DNA of 30,640 bases from Elainellaceae cyanobacterium (GCA_051117555.1 JBNPEG010000137.1:1-30640); one strand, 5' to 3'. Positions 8,761 through 18,142 are shown, counted from the first letter of the stretch. The notes: a model not told the origin generated them from the sequence alone. Numbers and translations: made by a program.

Positions 8761-11418
8761 TTATGTTCCCAAAACGACTTTGCCGTCTCGCCACGCTTGA
8801 ATCACATTGCCTCGCATGAGGGCTGCGATGCCGTTGAGGATGCGAAATTCTGTCGAGTCGGGGTTAAGTTCTAATGCAGGTTTAAGGGCGCGCTGGGCAG
8901 CGGCGGGGTTCAGGTCATATAAATTTACGAAGGCGAGATAGGCATAGGCATTGGGGTTGCTCGGATCGAGTTGAGTCACTCGTTCAAATGCGGCGATCGC
9001 ACTATCCGCCTTGCGTTGGAGCACTCTAGACAAGGCAAGCCCGTAGGCATACTCCAGACGAGCAGGCTGCTGCTGGAGTCGATAGCTCAAAAGCTGTTCT
9101 GCCTGTACGACATAGGTTTGAACGGGGTCATATAGATTAAGCCGACCGATTTGCTCGAATACCGGCTCAAGCGCATCAACGCCTTGAGGTAATACGGTGG
9201 CAAATTGACGAAGTTGGGTTATGTTGTCCAGCGGCGGAGCAGGAGTGGGTGGCGCATTAGAGTCAATTACTAGACTGGCAGACACTCCCTCAATCGGATA
9301 GGTGTCGCCCGTAGACGGGTTGAGATAGGTCGCTTCTAGGGTGTAGCGTCCCGGTAGCGAGCCCTCAGGCGGGAGCATGGCCATTCGTTCGACAATCTGA
9401 AACGGTTGAGCTGCATCAACGGTCGACTCTGCCAGCGTGGTTTGATTGGCCTGAATCGGTTGGGGATGCAGGGTTCCTAGCCCAATTCCGTGGTCGTGAA
9501 GCCAGCCCGGTTGGTCGGTATCGGCGTGTTTCCAAGTAAGGAGTACCAGCCCATCGTGGAGCTGTTGCCAAGAGCCTGACCAGGTATAGGTGACTGGAAC
9601 CGGATGCCCTGGAGGAACGGCATCAGGCACGCGAACATCATCTAACTGGATTGTAGTTGTCGGTTCAAGAGTGGCAGGTGTCGCCATTTCTGACAATGCC
9701 TGTGATGATGCCTGCAAAGAGTCCTGTGGCTGCACCTCAACAGGCGCGACCCGGCGATGAAACAAGTGGAGACGACTGCCATCTGGGAGAGTCCAGCTTC
9801 GTCGTTTCTCGAAGTCGGGAGACTGGCGCAGCATTCGCACGACGCGGTTTTGTCGGTTACGAGATTTGGGGTCGTGGTGAGTGAGCTGCGGTTTGGTAAC
9901 GCTGAGAAACCAGGAAAGCGATCGCACGTCTTGCTCCATCGACTCGTCATCTTTTCCCATACGACGGGCATAGACACGAAAATTCTCTAAATTTCCGTAG
10001 TAGGTGAGGTTATGCTGATTGATTTCGGGCGTGGATGGCAACACGCCTAGCGTGGCGATTTGATAGGGCTGAGTGCGGATGATTTCATCAATAATTTCAG
10101 CATGAGCCCATTCCGCGCTGCGCTCAGGATGGTGGCGCGCTCCGGGTGCCAAGGCCCGGCTCAACCGATCGCCCATCTGACCTGCCACCGGAAATAAATT
10201 CACTATCATTAGCACCACCGCGAGTCCTACGGTTGCCCAGGGAACGGCTCGCCAGCGACGCGGAAACCGAGTCAGCCCGTACGCCAGCACAATCGACCAG
10301 ATCGGCAACCAGGGCATGATGTAGCGAATATCTTTGTTGGCGATCGCCGACCAGATGATATACGCTCCAGCCAGAAACACCATTAGCCACCCCAATTCCG
10401 ACAGGTTAGTTTGCGGGTATTGCTGGGTCGTTCCAGAGGATTGATCAATCCAAGTCCGATGACGAAAGACCGTTATCCCCAATATCAGCCCTACGATAGG
10501 CACTATTAGCAACGGGTAGGACACGCTAGAGGGAAGCTGTTGCCAGTAGAAAGTCCATGCGCCGAGACTGGTTACAGGCGGATCGCCCTCGATCGCTGCC
10601 GATCGCGTATTGGCGCTAAATGCGGCGCTGATTTGAAACACCCAGTTGTGGCGACTCCACGGAATCATCAGCACCAGTGCGATGAGGAGTCCGCTGAAAA
10701 GCTGAATGAGTCGTTCCCAAGAGCGCTTTTGGAGCTGTCGTCCCAGCATCCAAAGAACAGGCAGCGCCAGGAAAAACACCGCCGTTTGCTTCATCAGCAA
10801 CGCTAATCCAAAACAGGTTCCAAATCCCAGGGCGAGCCCCCACTGAGCCCACCTGCTCGACGCATCTCGCCACAGCGTCAAGACCCAAACGCTTGCGATC
10901 GTTAATGCGGCCAGGGGATAGTCCATAAAGTACTGAGTGCGTAGGCTGTAAAACTCAGGAAACAGCACACACAATCCGACTGCCCACAGCCCGACCCTCG
11001 GACTAAACAATTGCTGCCCTAGCCCATAAACTGACACCAGCAGAATCACGGTATAGACACTATTAACCCGGAGTGCTGGGTCAATTCCTGCACCCAAAAG
11101 ACTGAGAAAAGGGGCAGTGGTGATATATAGCAGCGGCGGATACTTGGATGAAAGCGTCCAAAGCCCTGTCCACCCGTCTTGAGAAAGCCAATCGCCGTGG
11201 CTCAACGTCCACCAATAATTAAGAGAACCAATCAGATGGTCGGCTGGGTCCCAGGATGGTATGCCGTAGTCGAGCGCAAGCCAAATAGAATCGATGCACA
11301 GCCCCAATCCCGCGATGATGATCAAGATGACTAAGGGGCTCAACTGTTTTTGAACTCTCTTGCTCGACACGCGATCGCCTGCTTTAGACCCTACTTGGAC
11401 TGACCTATTCTCACACAT
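8761..11418 (-). CDS. GT-C fold (family 39/ArnT-like) membrane glycosyltransferase with C-terminal TPR
   Basis: PSWDPADH, KYPPL, multiple TM helices, KDIRY, TPR-like C-terminus. Confidence 0.85.
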   Translation of the reverse strand: MCENRSVQVGSKAGDRVSSKRVQKQLSPLVILIIIAGLGLCIDSIWLALDYGIPSWDPADHLIGSLNYWWTLSHGDWLSQDGWTGLWTLSSKYPPLLYITTAPFLSLLGAGIDPALRVNSVYTVILLVSVYGLGQQLFSPRVGLWAVGLCVLFPEFYSLRTQYFMDYPLAALTIASVWVLTLWRDASSRWAQWGLALGFGTCFGLALLMKQTAVFFLALPVLWMLGRQLQKRSWERLIQLFSGLLIALVLMIPWSRHNWVFQISAAFSANTRSAAIEGDPPVTSLGAWTFYWQQLPSSVSYPLLIVPIVGLILGITVFRHRTWIDQSSGTTQQYPQTNLSELGWLMVFLAGAYIIWSAIANKDIRYIMPWLPIWSIVLAYGLTRFPRRWRAVPWATVGLAVVLMIVNLFPVAGQMGDRLSRALAPGARHHPERSAEWAHAEIIDEIIRTQPYQIATLGVLPSTPEINQHNLTYYGNLENFRVYARRMGKDDESMEQDVRSLSWFLSVTKPQLTHHDPKSRNRQNRVVRMLRQSPDFEKRRSWTLPDGSRLHLFHRRVAPVEVQPQDSLQASSQALSEMATPATLEPTTTIQLDDVRVPDAVPPGHPVPVTYTWSGSWQQLHDGLVLLTWKHADTDQPGWLHDHGIGLGTLHPQPIQANQTTLAESTVDAAQPFQIVERMAMLPPEGSLPGRYTLEATYLNPSTGDTYPIEGVSASLVIDSNAPPTPAPPLDNITQLRQFATVLPQGVDALEPVFEQIGRLNLYDPVQTYVVQAEQLLSYRLQQQPARLEYAYGLALSRVLQRKADSAIAAFERVTQLDPSNPNAYAYLAFVNLYDLNPAAAQRALKPALELNPDSTEFRILNGIAALMRGNVIQAWRDGKVVLGT

Positions 11419-11435
11419 ATAGCGATCCTAAATCG

Positions 11436-11559
11436 CTTGTGAAAGGAAACATCGCCCCTACAGAATTTCGGACAATGTAGGGGTCAGGTTACCTGACCTT
11501 GTGAGAGGAAACATCGCCCCTACAGAATTTCGGACAATGTAGGGGTCAGGTTACCTGAC
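11436..11559. repeat. Two tandem 62-bp REP-like units
   Basis: 11436-11497 and 11498-11559 differ at 1 base; each has GTAGGGG/CCCCTAC and a GTCAGG-tta-CCTGAC hairpin. Confidence 0.85.
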
Positions 11560-11608
11560 CCTTTAAATGGTCTGGGGTCTGGTAAGTTTTGTCAGTCAAT
11601 CAGGGGAG

Positions 11609-13423
11609 CTAGTCTCGACAGCGATAAAACTGATATTTGTATCCATCGACGCGTCGCGTTTTGTCATAGACACAGCCCTGTTCTCGCAAATCGGCATCCC
11701 CTTCATAATTAAGCAGCCAGAGGTCAAACGGTCGAGGCACAGCGGTTAGCGACTCTCGCAGCGTTGGGCTGGGCACATTACAGTTCTGCTCGCCGTCGAT
11801 GCGGCATTCTTGGTGGTCGAGAAAAAATTGAGGATTCGATACCTGTGGCAGCGATCGCAATTCCCACGCGACGCCCATCAAACGCCCGGTATGCCCATGA
11901 GACTGATGAGAAATTGCCACGACAGGGGGCGCTTCAGAATTTGCGGCGATCGCCCAGGCGACTCGATCAGGACGGTGAACTTTGCGAAAGCCTAAATCAT
12001 TCACAACACTCAGCGCACCGATCATGCCGACAATCACGACTAGACTGATCATGATGAGCTGACATGAATCATTCATCGGGCGTACCCAACCGGACGATGG
12101 AGATTGTTCGAAAGTCTGATTTGGGATGGGTGCGTTTTGGACGAGTGAACGGCTGCCAGCTAAGCCAGCAGCAACGATTACTAGAACTGCCGGAAAATAC
12201 ACAAAGTTATAGCGAAAGACCTGGGTGAGATCGATGCCCAAGCCATAGGTGATTGCTAGAAACGTGGCGATCGCACCCAGGCAAAACCCTCCCAAGGTTT
12301 GAATGGCGATGCGAGCATCACGATGCTGCCATTGAGCGCGAAGCCCCCGATATGCCCACCCCGTTAGCCCGATGGTGAGGCTAATTAAGACAATTCCAGA
12401 AAGCCTAGAAACCCAACTCGGCACATTCTGGACGGGCATCAGATAAATCATGCTCACCCAACTCGTCACCAGTTGCAGCAGCGGACTCAGCATGCCCAAC
12501 CCAGCCCAACCGTCTTGATAGATCCAGCGGGTCAGTTCGTCATTATTTTGAGCTTTCGTAAGAAACGGTACCCACACTAGCCCGCTTGCAATTGTGCCAA
12601 TGATGACTGCCCCGATACGCCCTCCATATACGCGCATTCGACGGTGATATCGGACGTGCCAAGCCACTCCGATCAGAACCCAACATTCAGCAATGAGCGT
12701 CAGCACGACAAAATAATGGGTGGCAATCCCCAACGCATTCACCCCGACCCAACCCAGTGCAACCCCAGTCGGCATGGGTATTTGACGCCAAATGCTGCGA
12801 ACGGCAATCACCAACGCGCATAGCGATGCCACAATCCAGATGATTGCAAGGGTGTAGTGTCGAGCTTCTTGAGCGAGATAAATCGCAAATGGAGAGACTG
12901 CCATCATGACGGCAGCTAGATGCCCCACCCATTTTGATTGAAAGGCAAGCCAACCCAATCCAAACATGGCAGGGATAGCCGCAGCCCCAAAGACTGCTGA
13001 GAGCGATCGCACTCCCCACACAGAAACCAGTCCGTCAGAATTGGGAAATAGAGCAAGCCACCCATGAGTCAGCACAAAATAGAGCGGAGGATGGTTGCTC
13101 TCGGTCAAAAGATGTTCGATTACTGAGCCAATACCCGTCTGTGGATTGACCAGGGCAGGGCTTAGCAGTTCTCGGGTCGAGAGCCATTCATTAAGGGGAA
13201 TGCTTTGATAGCTGTGCCCCAGGCTAAACACGATGGTCGAAAATTCATCAGCCCACAGAGGCTTAAGAGCCAGATGAACGAGGCGAAGCGCCAGCCCGAT
13301 CACAAACCAAACTAGCACTAAGCCAATGTGAACCGACAAGCGTCTGTCAATCGTCTTCCAGACAGACTGATCCCATGTTGCGAATATACGCTTCACCCTC
13401 ACCTCTTTTCTTAAAAATCTCAT
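11609..13423 (-). CDS. GT-C fold (family 39) membrane glycosyltransferase (start uncertain)
   Basis: LWADE, HPPLYF, AQEARHY motifs; many TM helices. Confidence 0.88.
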   Translation of the reverse strand: MRFLRKEVRVKRIFATWDQSVWKTIDRRLSVHIGLVLVWFVIGLALRLVHLALKPLWADEFSTIVFSLGHSYQSIPLNEWLSTRELLSPALVNPQTGIGSVIEHLLTESNHPPLYFVLTHGWLALFPNSDGLVSVWGVRSLSAVFGAAAIPAMFGLGWLAFQSKWVGHLAAVMMAVSPFAIYLAQEARHYTLAIIWIVASLCALVIAVRSIWRQIPMPTGVALGWVGVNALGIATHYFVVLTLIAECWVLIGVAWHVRYHRRMRVYGGRIGAVIIGTIASGLVWVPFLTKAQNNDELTRWIYQDGWAGLGMLSPLLQLVTSWVSMIYLMPVQNVPSWVSRLSGIVLISLTIGLTGWAYRGLRAQWQHRDARIAIQTLGGFCLGAIATFLAITYGLGIDLTQVFRYNFVYFPAVLVIVAAGLAGSRSLVQNAPIPNQTFEQSPSSGWVRPMNDSCQLIMISLVVIVGMIGALSVVNDLGFRKVHRPDRVAWAIAANSEAPPVVAISHQSHGHTGRLMGVAWELRSLPQVSNPQFFLDHQECRIDGEQNCNVPSPTLRESLTAVPRPFDLWLLNYEGDADLREQGCVYDKTRRVDGYKYQFYRCRD

Positions 13424-13605
13424 GCCAGCGATCGAGATCTGACTCTCTATAACCGTTTCCAGCTATCAGCAACCAGTTTATCGCTCCTAACACAGCCCAT
13501 CGGAAACTGGTGAGATGGAGTGATTATAGTAACGCGAGGCGTGCGATCGCGCGGTAGTTCCTCCGTTTGCAGTCTATAGGATTCAACCGGAACTGATACT
13601 AATGG

Positions 13606-13737
13606 CAGTGGTAGGGTGCGTTGCTGTTAAGCAAACGCACCATTTTATGATGCTTATATATTCAGCAATCGTTTTGATTATAGTGATACATGTTTGCAGG
13701 TGCGTCATGACGCACCCTACAAGATAGCGATCGCACT
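13606..13737 (+). repeat. REPIN-like element, copy 1 (132 bp)
   Basis: GTAGGGTGCG..CGCACC hairpin, AT-rich spacer, inverted GGTGCGTCATGACGCACCCTAC, then AAGATAGCGATCGCACT. Confidence 0.88.
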
Positions 13738-13908
13738 ACCATTACGTGCCCTTCGTGTAATTGCTGCAACAATTTCAACCCCTGTTATCGCTGCAACAAA
13801 GAATTCATTGCTTAGCGTTGGAGTAAACAACCCTAACACCCGCGCTGAACCAGTTTCGTTGATATATCGCTTGACCAGCGCACTACTGTCTAAAAAGTAG
13901 ATTGCCAT
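13717..13908 (-). pseudogene. vapC: VapC/PIN-domain toxin, C-terminally truncated
   Basis: YFLDSSALVKRY..E.GS PIN motif; only 63 aa, and the stop lies inside the repeat. Confidence 0.85.
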
Positions 13909-14172
13909 CTAGCGGCGTTCCCCGACAATTGTTTGAGAAATCGGTTCACCTTGAACTTGGATAAGACGATGATGCGATCGCCCTTCAAAACTTGGGTTCT
14001 TAATCTGCCTAACCAAACCAGATCCTACTAATGCTTGATGGAATGCCGCTCGTTTTGCAGATGCTTCATTGTCTTTCAAATATCGCTGGATTACCTGGCT
14101 AAGCTGCTGTAGCTCAGATGGCTCCAGTGCCTGCAACTGGTTAAGAATTTGATTGAGAAGTGCTTGCGGCAT
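13909..14172 (-). CDS. Putative antitoxin
   Basis: 87 aa, directly abuts vapC; C-terminal GEPISQTIV.ERR is typical of VapB-like partners. Confidence 0.75.
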   Translation of the reverse strand: MPQALLNQILNQLQALEPSELQQLSQVIQRYLKDNEASAKRAAFHQALVGSGLVRQIKNPSFEGRSHHRLIQVQGEPISQTIVGERR

Positions 14173-14274
14173 TGGCTGTTACGGTGAACTAGCTTTGTTA
14201 TCCATTCTACAAAACTCTAAACCAAATGCCTCACAGATAACCTAACAGAACTGTCCTTACAAAGAGTCTCAGCA

Positions 14275-14359
14275 GCATAACGGTGAAGTTGTGCGGCGGC
14301 AGACAACCTCGAACTCTCACCGATAACCTCCATCCGTCCGCGCCAACGCAGTGTTGGAC
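14275..14359 (-). other. Integron attC-like site 1 (85 bp)
   Basis: GTCCAAC-5nt-GTTG[G]CGCGG[A]CGG...CCGCCGCACAAC-6nt-GTTATGC, starting 11 bp after the upstream stop. Confidence 0.8.
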
Positions 14360-14369
14360 TGCGTGAACA

Positions 14370-14828
14370 CTAACTCAAAAGCCAGGATGCAATTTCGTCT
14401 GGATGAACGACCCATTTGACAGGATTTATGTCATTAATAACAGGATTTACTTCTAGTTTCAATAAGTGCGTTTCATACCAATATCTAAATGTAGGAGCAA
14501 ATAATACTTTTGCAAGTCCGATGTCTAGATAACCTGCTCTGTAAAGCAGTCCTAATTCACTAAAAATATTTCTTGTTGTTGATATATGTTGCCACTGTTC
14601 TGGATTTAGAGAGGATTTAATTTCTCTATATGTCAAAGGGTTTTCCGAAGAAAGATGCTGCTTGAGAATCTGATCTGCAATGAGCCTTGAAGGTAAAGCA
14701 CCTTGTAATCTCTCATACATCTTCAAAGTAGTGTTTATTCTGGTTTGTCTTTGGCTTTCACGTCTGGTAAAGAAGTAACTCAGAAAAGTACCTATAAAAA
14801 CGCCAACTAAACCACTTAGAAATTCCAT
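14370..14828 (-). CDS. Cassette-like hypothetical membrane-anchored protein (DUF4760-like)
   Basis: N-terminal TM helix, N.F.ELG..Y..G.LD..L...LF...F..W pattern, AT-rich, followed by attC. Confidence 0.7.
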   Translation of the reverse strand: MEFLSGLVGVFIGTFLSYFFTRRESQRQTRINTTLKMYERLQGALPSRLIADQILKQHLSSENPLTYREIKSSLNPEQWQHISTTRNIFSELGLLYRAGYLDIGLAKVLFAPTFRYWYETHLLKLEVNPVINDINPVKWVVHPDEIASWLLS

Positions 14829-14891
14829 GCTGCCTTCACTTGTTACATATTACAAATTAAACTTCATCATTTCATGATTACCACAGGCAAT

Positions 14892-15094
14892 GGCGTTGTT
14901 GCATGAAGAGGGGTTGCGGAAGGGTGAGTACATGGTAAGTTTCAATTACCACACCAAAACCAAGCCATGAAACCTCAATACCGCATCCGCAACTGGTCTG
15001 AGTATAACGCTGGACTCAAAGCTAGGGGAAGTCTTACCTTCTGGATCGACGAATCCGTGCTGGAGGCATGGATTGTTGAGGATCTAAGCGGCAA
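14892..15094 (+). mobile_element. IS5-family (IS903-group-like) left-end remnant with transposase fragment from 14967
   Basis: GGCGTTGTTGCATGAA terminal repeat; YRIRNWSEYNAGLKARGSLTFWID motif; cut off by repeat copy 2. Confidence 0.85.
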
Positions 15095-15183
15095 GATGCT
15101 TATATATTCAGCAATCGTTTTGATTATAGTGATACATGTTTGCAGGTGCGTCATGACGCACCCTACAAGATAGCGATCGCACT
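15095..15183 (+). repeat. REPIN-like element, copy 2 (right 89 bp only)
   Basis: Matches 13649-13737. Confidence 0.9.
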
Positions 15184-15186
15184 TGC

Positions 15187-16074
15187 TCAAAAGGATATAT
15201 CCCTAATCACTTTAAGAAGTTTAAGCAAGGCTGGGTGAGGCGTGTCTGGAGACCAAACAATGGCTGATTCTAATTGAGGCGTGATTTCTTCGAGGGAGCG
15301 GGTGACAACGCCTCGTTGCTGAATGCGTTCAATAGAGGCATGAATTAGCGATATTCCCAGCCCTGATGCCACCAGCCCAAGGATAGTTTGCTGTGGAAAT
15401 GCCTCTTGAACAACGGTTGGGCTGAAGCCAGATTGTTGGCAAAAACTAATAATCGCGTCATATAGTACGGGGCCGACTTGTCTAGGAAACAAAATAAAAG
15501 GTTCATTCGCAAGGGCCTTAACTGAAACCGGCTGCGAGACGTCTTTAGATAAAGGATGATCCTCTGGAATTGCAACAATCAAAGGCTCTTGATAAATCAC
15601 CTCCTGGGCTAGCGAGGGAGCATCTATAGGCGGATGCAGCAGTCCGACCTGAATGTTTTGGTTCAAGAGGGCATCGATCTGCTCCATTGTGGATAGACGA
15701 TTTAACTCCAAGTGAATGTCTGGATAACGAGCTTTGAACTGCCGCACGATGGTGGGCAAAACACTATTGAGAATAGGTCCTGTGAACCCAATTTGCAGAT
15801 GACCCGCTTCACCACGATCTACTCGCTGTGCCACAGCAATAGCGTGTTCCGCCTGCCTTAACGTTTTCTGAGCTTCTTCCCAAAATGCTTTACCTGCTTC
15901 AGTCAAGCGAATCGTCCGCTTCGTCCGCTGAAAGAGCACTACGTCTAATTCCGATTCCAATTGACGAATTTGCCGACTCAACGGCTGCTGAGCCATATGA
16001 AGTCGTTCAGCAGCGCGGCCAAAGTGCAATTCTTCGGCTACCGCCACGAAATAGCGCAAATGACGTAACTCCAT
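15187..16074 (-). CDS. LysR-family transcriptional regulator
   Basis: MELRHLRYFVAVAEELHFGRAAERL..QQPLS HTH; 295 aa. Confidence 0.96.
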   Translation of the reverse strand: MELRHLRYFVAVAEELHFGRAAERLHMAQQPLSRQIRQLESELDVVLFQRTKRTIRLTEAGKAFWEEAQKTLRQAEHAIAVAQRVDRGEAGHLQIGFTGPILNSVLPTIVRQFKARYPDIHLELNRLSTMEQIDALLNQNIQVGLLHPPIDAPSLAQEVIYQEPLIVAIPEDHPLSKDVSQPVSVKALANEPFILFPRQVGPVLYDAIISFCQQSGFSPTVVQEAFPQQTILGLVASGLGISLIHASIERIQQRGVVTRSLEEITPQLESAIVWSPDTPHPALLKLLKVIRDISF

Positions 16075-16171
16075 TTGAACCTTTCAGGTGTTAATTACGG
16101 ACTTAAGAGGTGTTGGACATCCATAAAGGCTCATTCTACAGTCACAGGTAAGCGGCTATTGTTGACTGAAA

Positions 16172-17299
16172 ATGTTTGGCATCAAGAAAGGTCAGAAGTT
16201 TTATGGAACGGCGCTGCTTCTTTTGGTGGTAGCGGGGCTGACGATACCCGTTACGAGCAGCATTACGATCGCATCCCCCGGCGCTATCCAAGCGAGTCAG
16301 CAGAATGAGCTATCAAGCTCAGCGCTCTCGCGCGAAGACGTATTCGTAGAAAGCGACCCAGGAATCGAGATATTCGTTCGAGAAGTCGTGTCAAGCTCAC
16401 CGCCGACAGGCGTGCCCATTCTGATGATTCATGGCGGCGGCCCTGGAGGAATTGCGTCCTTTGATCTCGATGTTCCGGGATACTCTCTGGCAGCGGATTT
16501 TGCTCAAGCGGGTCATCAAGTCTACGTCATGAATGTCCGGGGATGGGAACGTTCGACTCGGCCTAGCGTGCTGGCCGAACCCGCTGACCGCAATCCCCCG
16601 GCGGTGACCTCTGAGGAGGCTGTGCGTGATATTGGTGCGGTTGTTGAGTGGATACGCGATCGCACTGAGCAACCCCAGGTTGCCCTGATTGGCTGGGCAA
16701 CGGGTGGACACTGGGCAGGCATGTATACCACTCGTCACAACGACAGAGTAAGCCATCTAATTATGCTAAATAGCCTTTATGGAGTAGATGCACCGTGGCC
16801 GTTGACTGAGCGATTTGAGAATCCCGATGAACCAGGCACCTTTGACAATAGCGGTGGCGCGTATCGATTGGTTAACTATGAAGGGTTTTTGCGAGGGTGG
16901 GATAATTCGATTCCTGTAGATGAAAAGTCACTGTGGCGCGAGCCAGCCGTTGCGGATGCTTACGCTCGCACAGCAGTTCAGCTAGATCCGACTAGCCAAA
17001 CACGCACGCCATTCAGTGCTCGCATCCCAACTGCTTATCGAGAAGAAAGCTTTAATCTTGCTCAGGGATATCGGTATTGGGAAGCACGCGATATATCTAC
17101 CCCGACACTATTTATTAGAGGAGAATTAGATTTTTGGTCGCGCCCCGAGGATGCCTCAGCACTCGCATCTGAGCTTGTGAATGCTCCTGTAGTACGAACC
17201 ATTACGATTCCAGATGCTACGCACTACCTGTTCAATGATCGTCCAGAACGGGGAAGAAATCAGTTTATTCAAGAGTCACTCTCATTCCTAAATCAATAA
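16172..17299 (+). CDS. Exported alpha/beta-fold hydrolase-like protein
   Basis: Signal peptide, HGGG, GWATGG elbow, GELD, ATH; divergent from LysR. Confidence 0.88.
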   Translation: MFGIKKGQKFYGTALLLLVVAGLTIPVTSSITIASPGAIQASQQNELSSSALSREDVFVESDPGIEIFVREVVSSSPPTGVPILMIHGGGPGGIASFDLDVPGYSLAADFAQAGHQVYVMNVRGWERSTRPSVLAEPADRNPPAVTSEEAVRDIGAVVEWIRDRTEQPQVALIGWATGGHWAGMYTTRHNDRVSHLIMLNSLYGVDAPWPLTERFENPDEPGTFDNSGGAYRLVNYEGFLRGWDNSIPVDEKSLWREPAVADAYARTAVQLDPTSQTRTPFSARIPTAYREESFNLAQGYRYWEARDISTPTLFIRGELDFWSRPEDASALASELVNAPVVRTITIPDATHYLFNDRPERGRNQFIQESLSFLNQ

Positions 17300-17393
17300 A
17301 TATTCTGTTGAGCAATGCTTATCCACCACATCCTGACTAAAGTTAACTGGCCGAACGGATTGCTGACGGCCTCATTACTGGTGCTCAGTCTTT

Positions 17394-17524
17394 CAGTGGT
17401 AGGGTGCGTTGCTTAACAGCAACGCACCATTTTATGATGCTTATATATTCAGCAACCGTTTTGATTATAGTGATACATGTTTGCAGGTGCGTCATGACGC
17501 ACCCTACAAGATAGCGATCGCACT
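17394..17524 (+). repeat. REPIN-like element, copy 3 (131 bp)
   Basis: Near-identical to copy 1 apart from the first hairpin loop and a T/C change in the spacer. Confidence 0.9.
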
Positions 17525-17611
17525 TTTTTTATGGCCTGGATGAAAGCCCCTAGTTCTTGCCCCTTCTCTGTAAGCACGAACTTTCGTATTTCATGGCTTG
17601 TTCGGGATTGC

Positions 17612-17675
17612 CAGCTATGGTCGAGTTCAGCGGCGGGCCGCGCAGCGGACCGTCCGCTGCAACCGTTTGTTGTGC
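17612..17675 (-). other. Integron attC-like site 2, R' box degenerate
   Basis: GCACAAC-5nt-GTT[G]CAGCGG[A]CGG...CCGCCGCTGAAC-6nt-ATAGCTG (GTT core lost). Confidence 0.75.
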
Positions 17676-17698
17676 CGCATCTCATGGATGTAGGACAC

Positions 17699-18100
17699 TC
17701 ATTTCCAACCCGACACACGTCCTGCTTGCTCAATCCAATCACGGATTTCCGGCGCCTTGACATCCTCGAGAGTCTTCAACTTAACGTAGCGGGATCGGTC
17801 GGCGTCTCCAAGTGGCGGTGGAGAATCGAAATCAGCACCGCCATGGAAGACAACATTCACAGAGACGTTGTACGCGACCATCTCGATAATCCACCCGAGA
17901 TCGGGCAATCCGTAGTAGGCTTTCTTCCACTTGATGGCGTAGTGGACCCCGGGAAGCATCTTGCGGATTTGCTTGTCCAGGTGAGTGACCATCGGATTCA
18001 AATCCGGCATCACATGCTGTATCCATTCCTCGATCTCGGCGTGGCTGTCCGATGGAGCGGGCGGCTTCCGGGTCGTACTTGGTTTCCGTGACTTCTTCAT
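17699..18100 (-). CDS. DUF1801 (YdhG-like) protein, gene cassette
   Basis: AIKWKKAYYG, VVFHGGADF, RYVKL...WIEQA; lies between two attC-like sites; GAGG RBS. Confidence 0.8.
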   Translation of the reverse strand: MKKSRKPSTTRKPPAPSDSHAEIEEWIQHVMPDLNPMVTHLDKQIRKMLPGVHYAIKWKKAYYGLPDLGWIIEMVAYNVSVNVVFHGGADFDSPPPLGDADRSRYVKLKTLEDVKAPEIRDWIEQAGRVSGWK

Positions 18101-18142
18101 CGACATCCTCTTTTAGATGAGTTTGTTGCGGGAGCGAGATCG

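Noticed and set aside
17349..17393. GCCGAAC as the start of a fourth attC
   Set aside because: No matching L/R arm and opposite orientation to the other sites.
13606..17524. Repeats as a CRISPR array
   Set aside because: Units are ~130 bp with kilobase gaps, and there are no cas genes.
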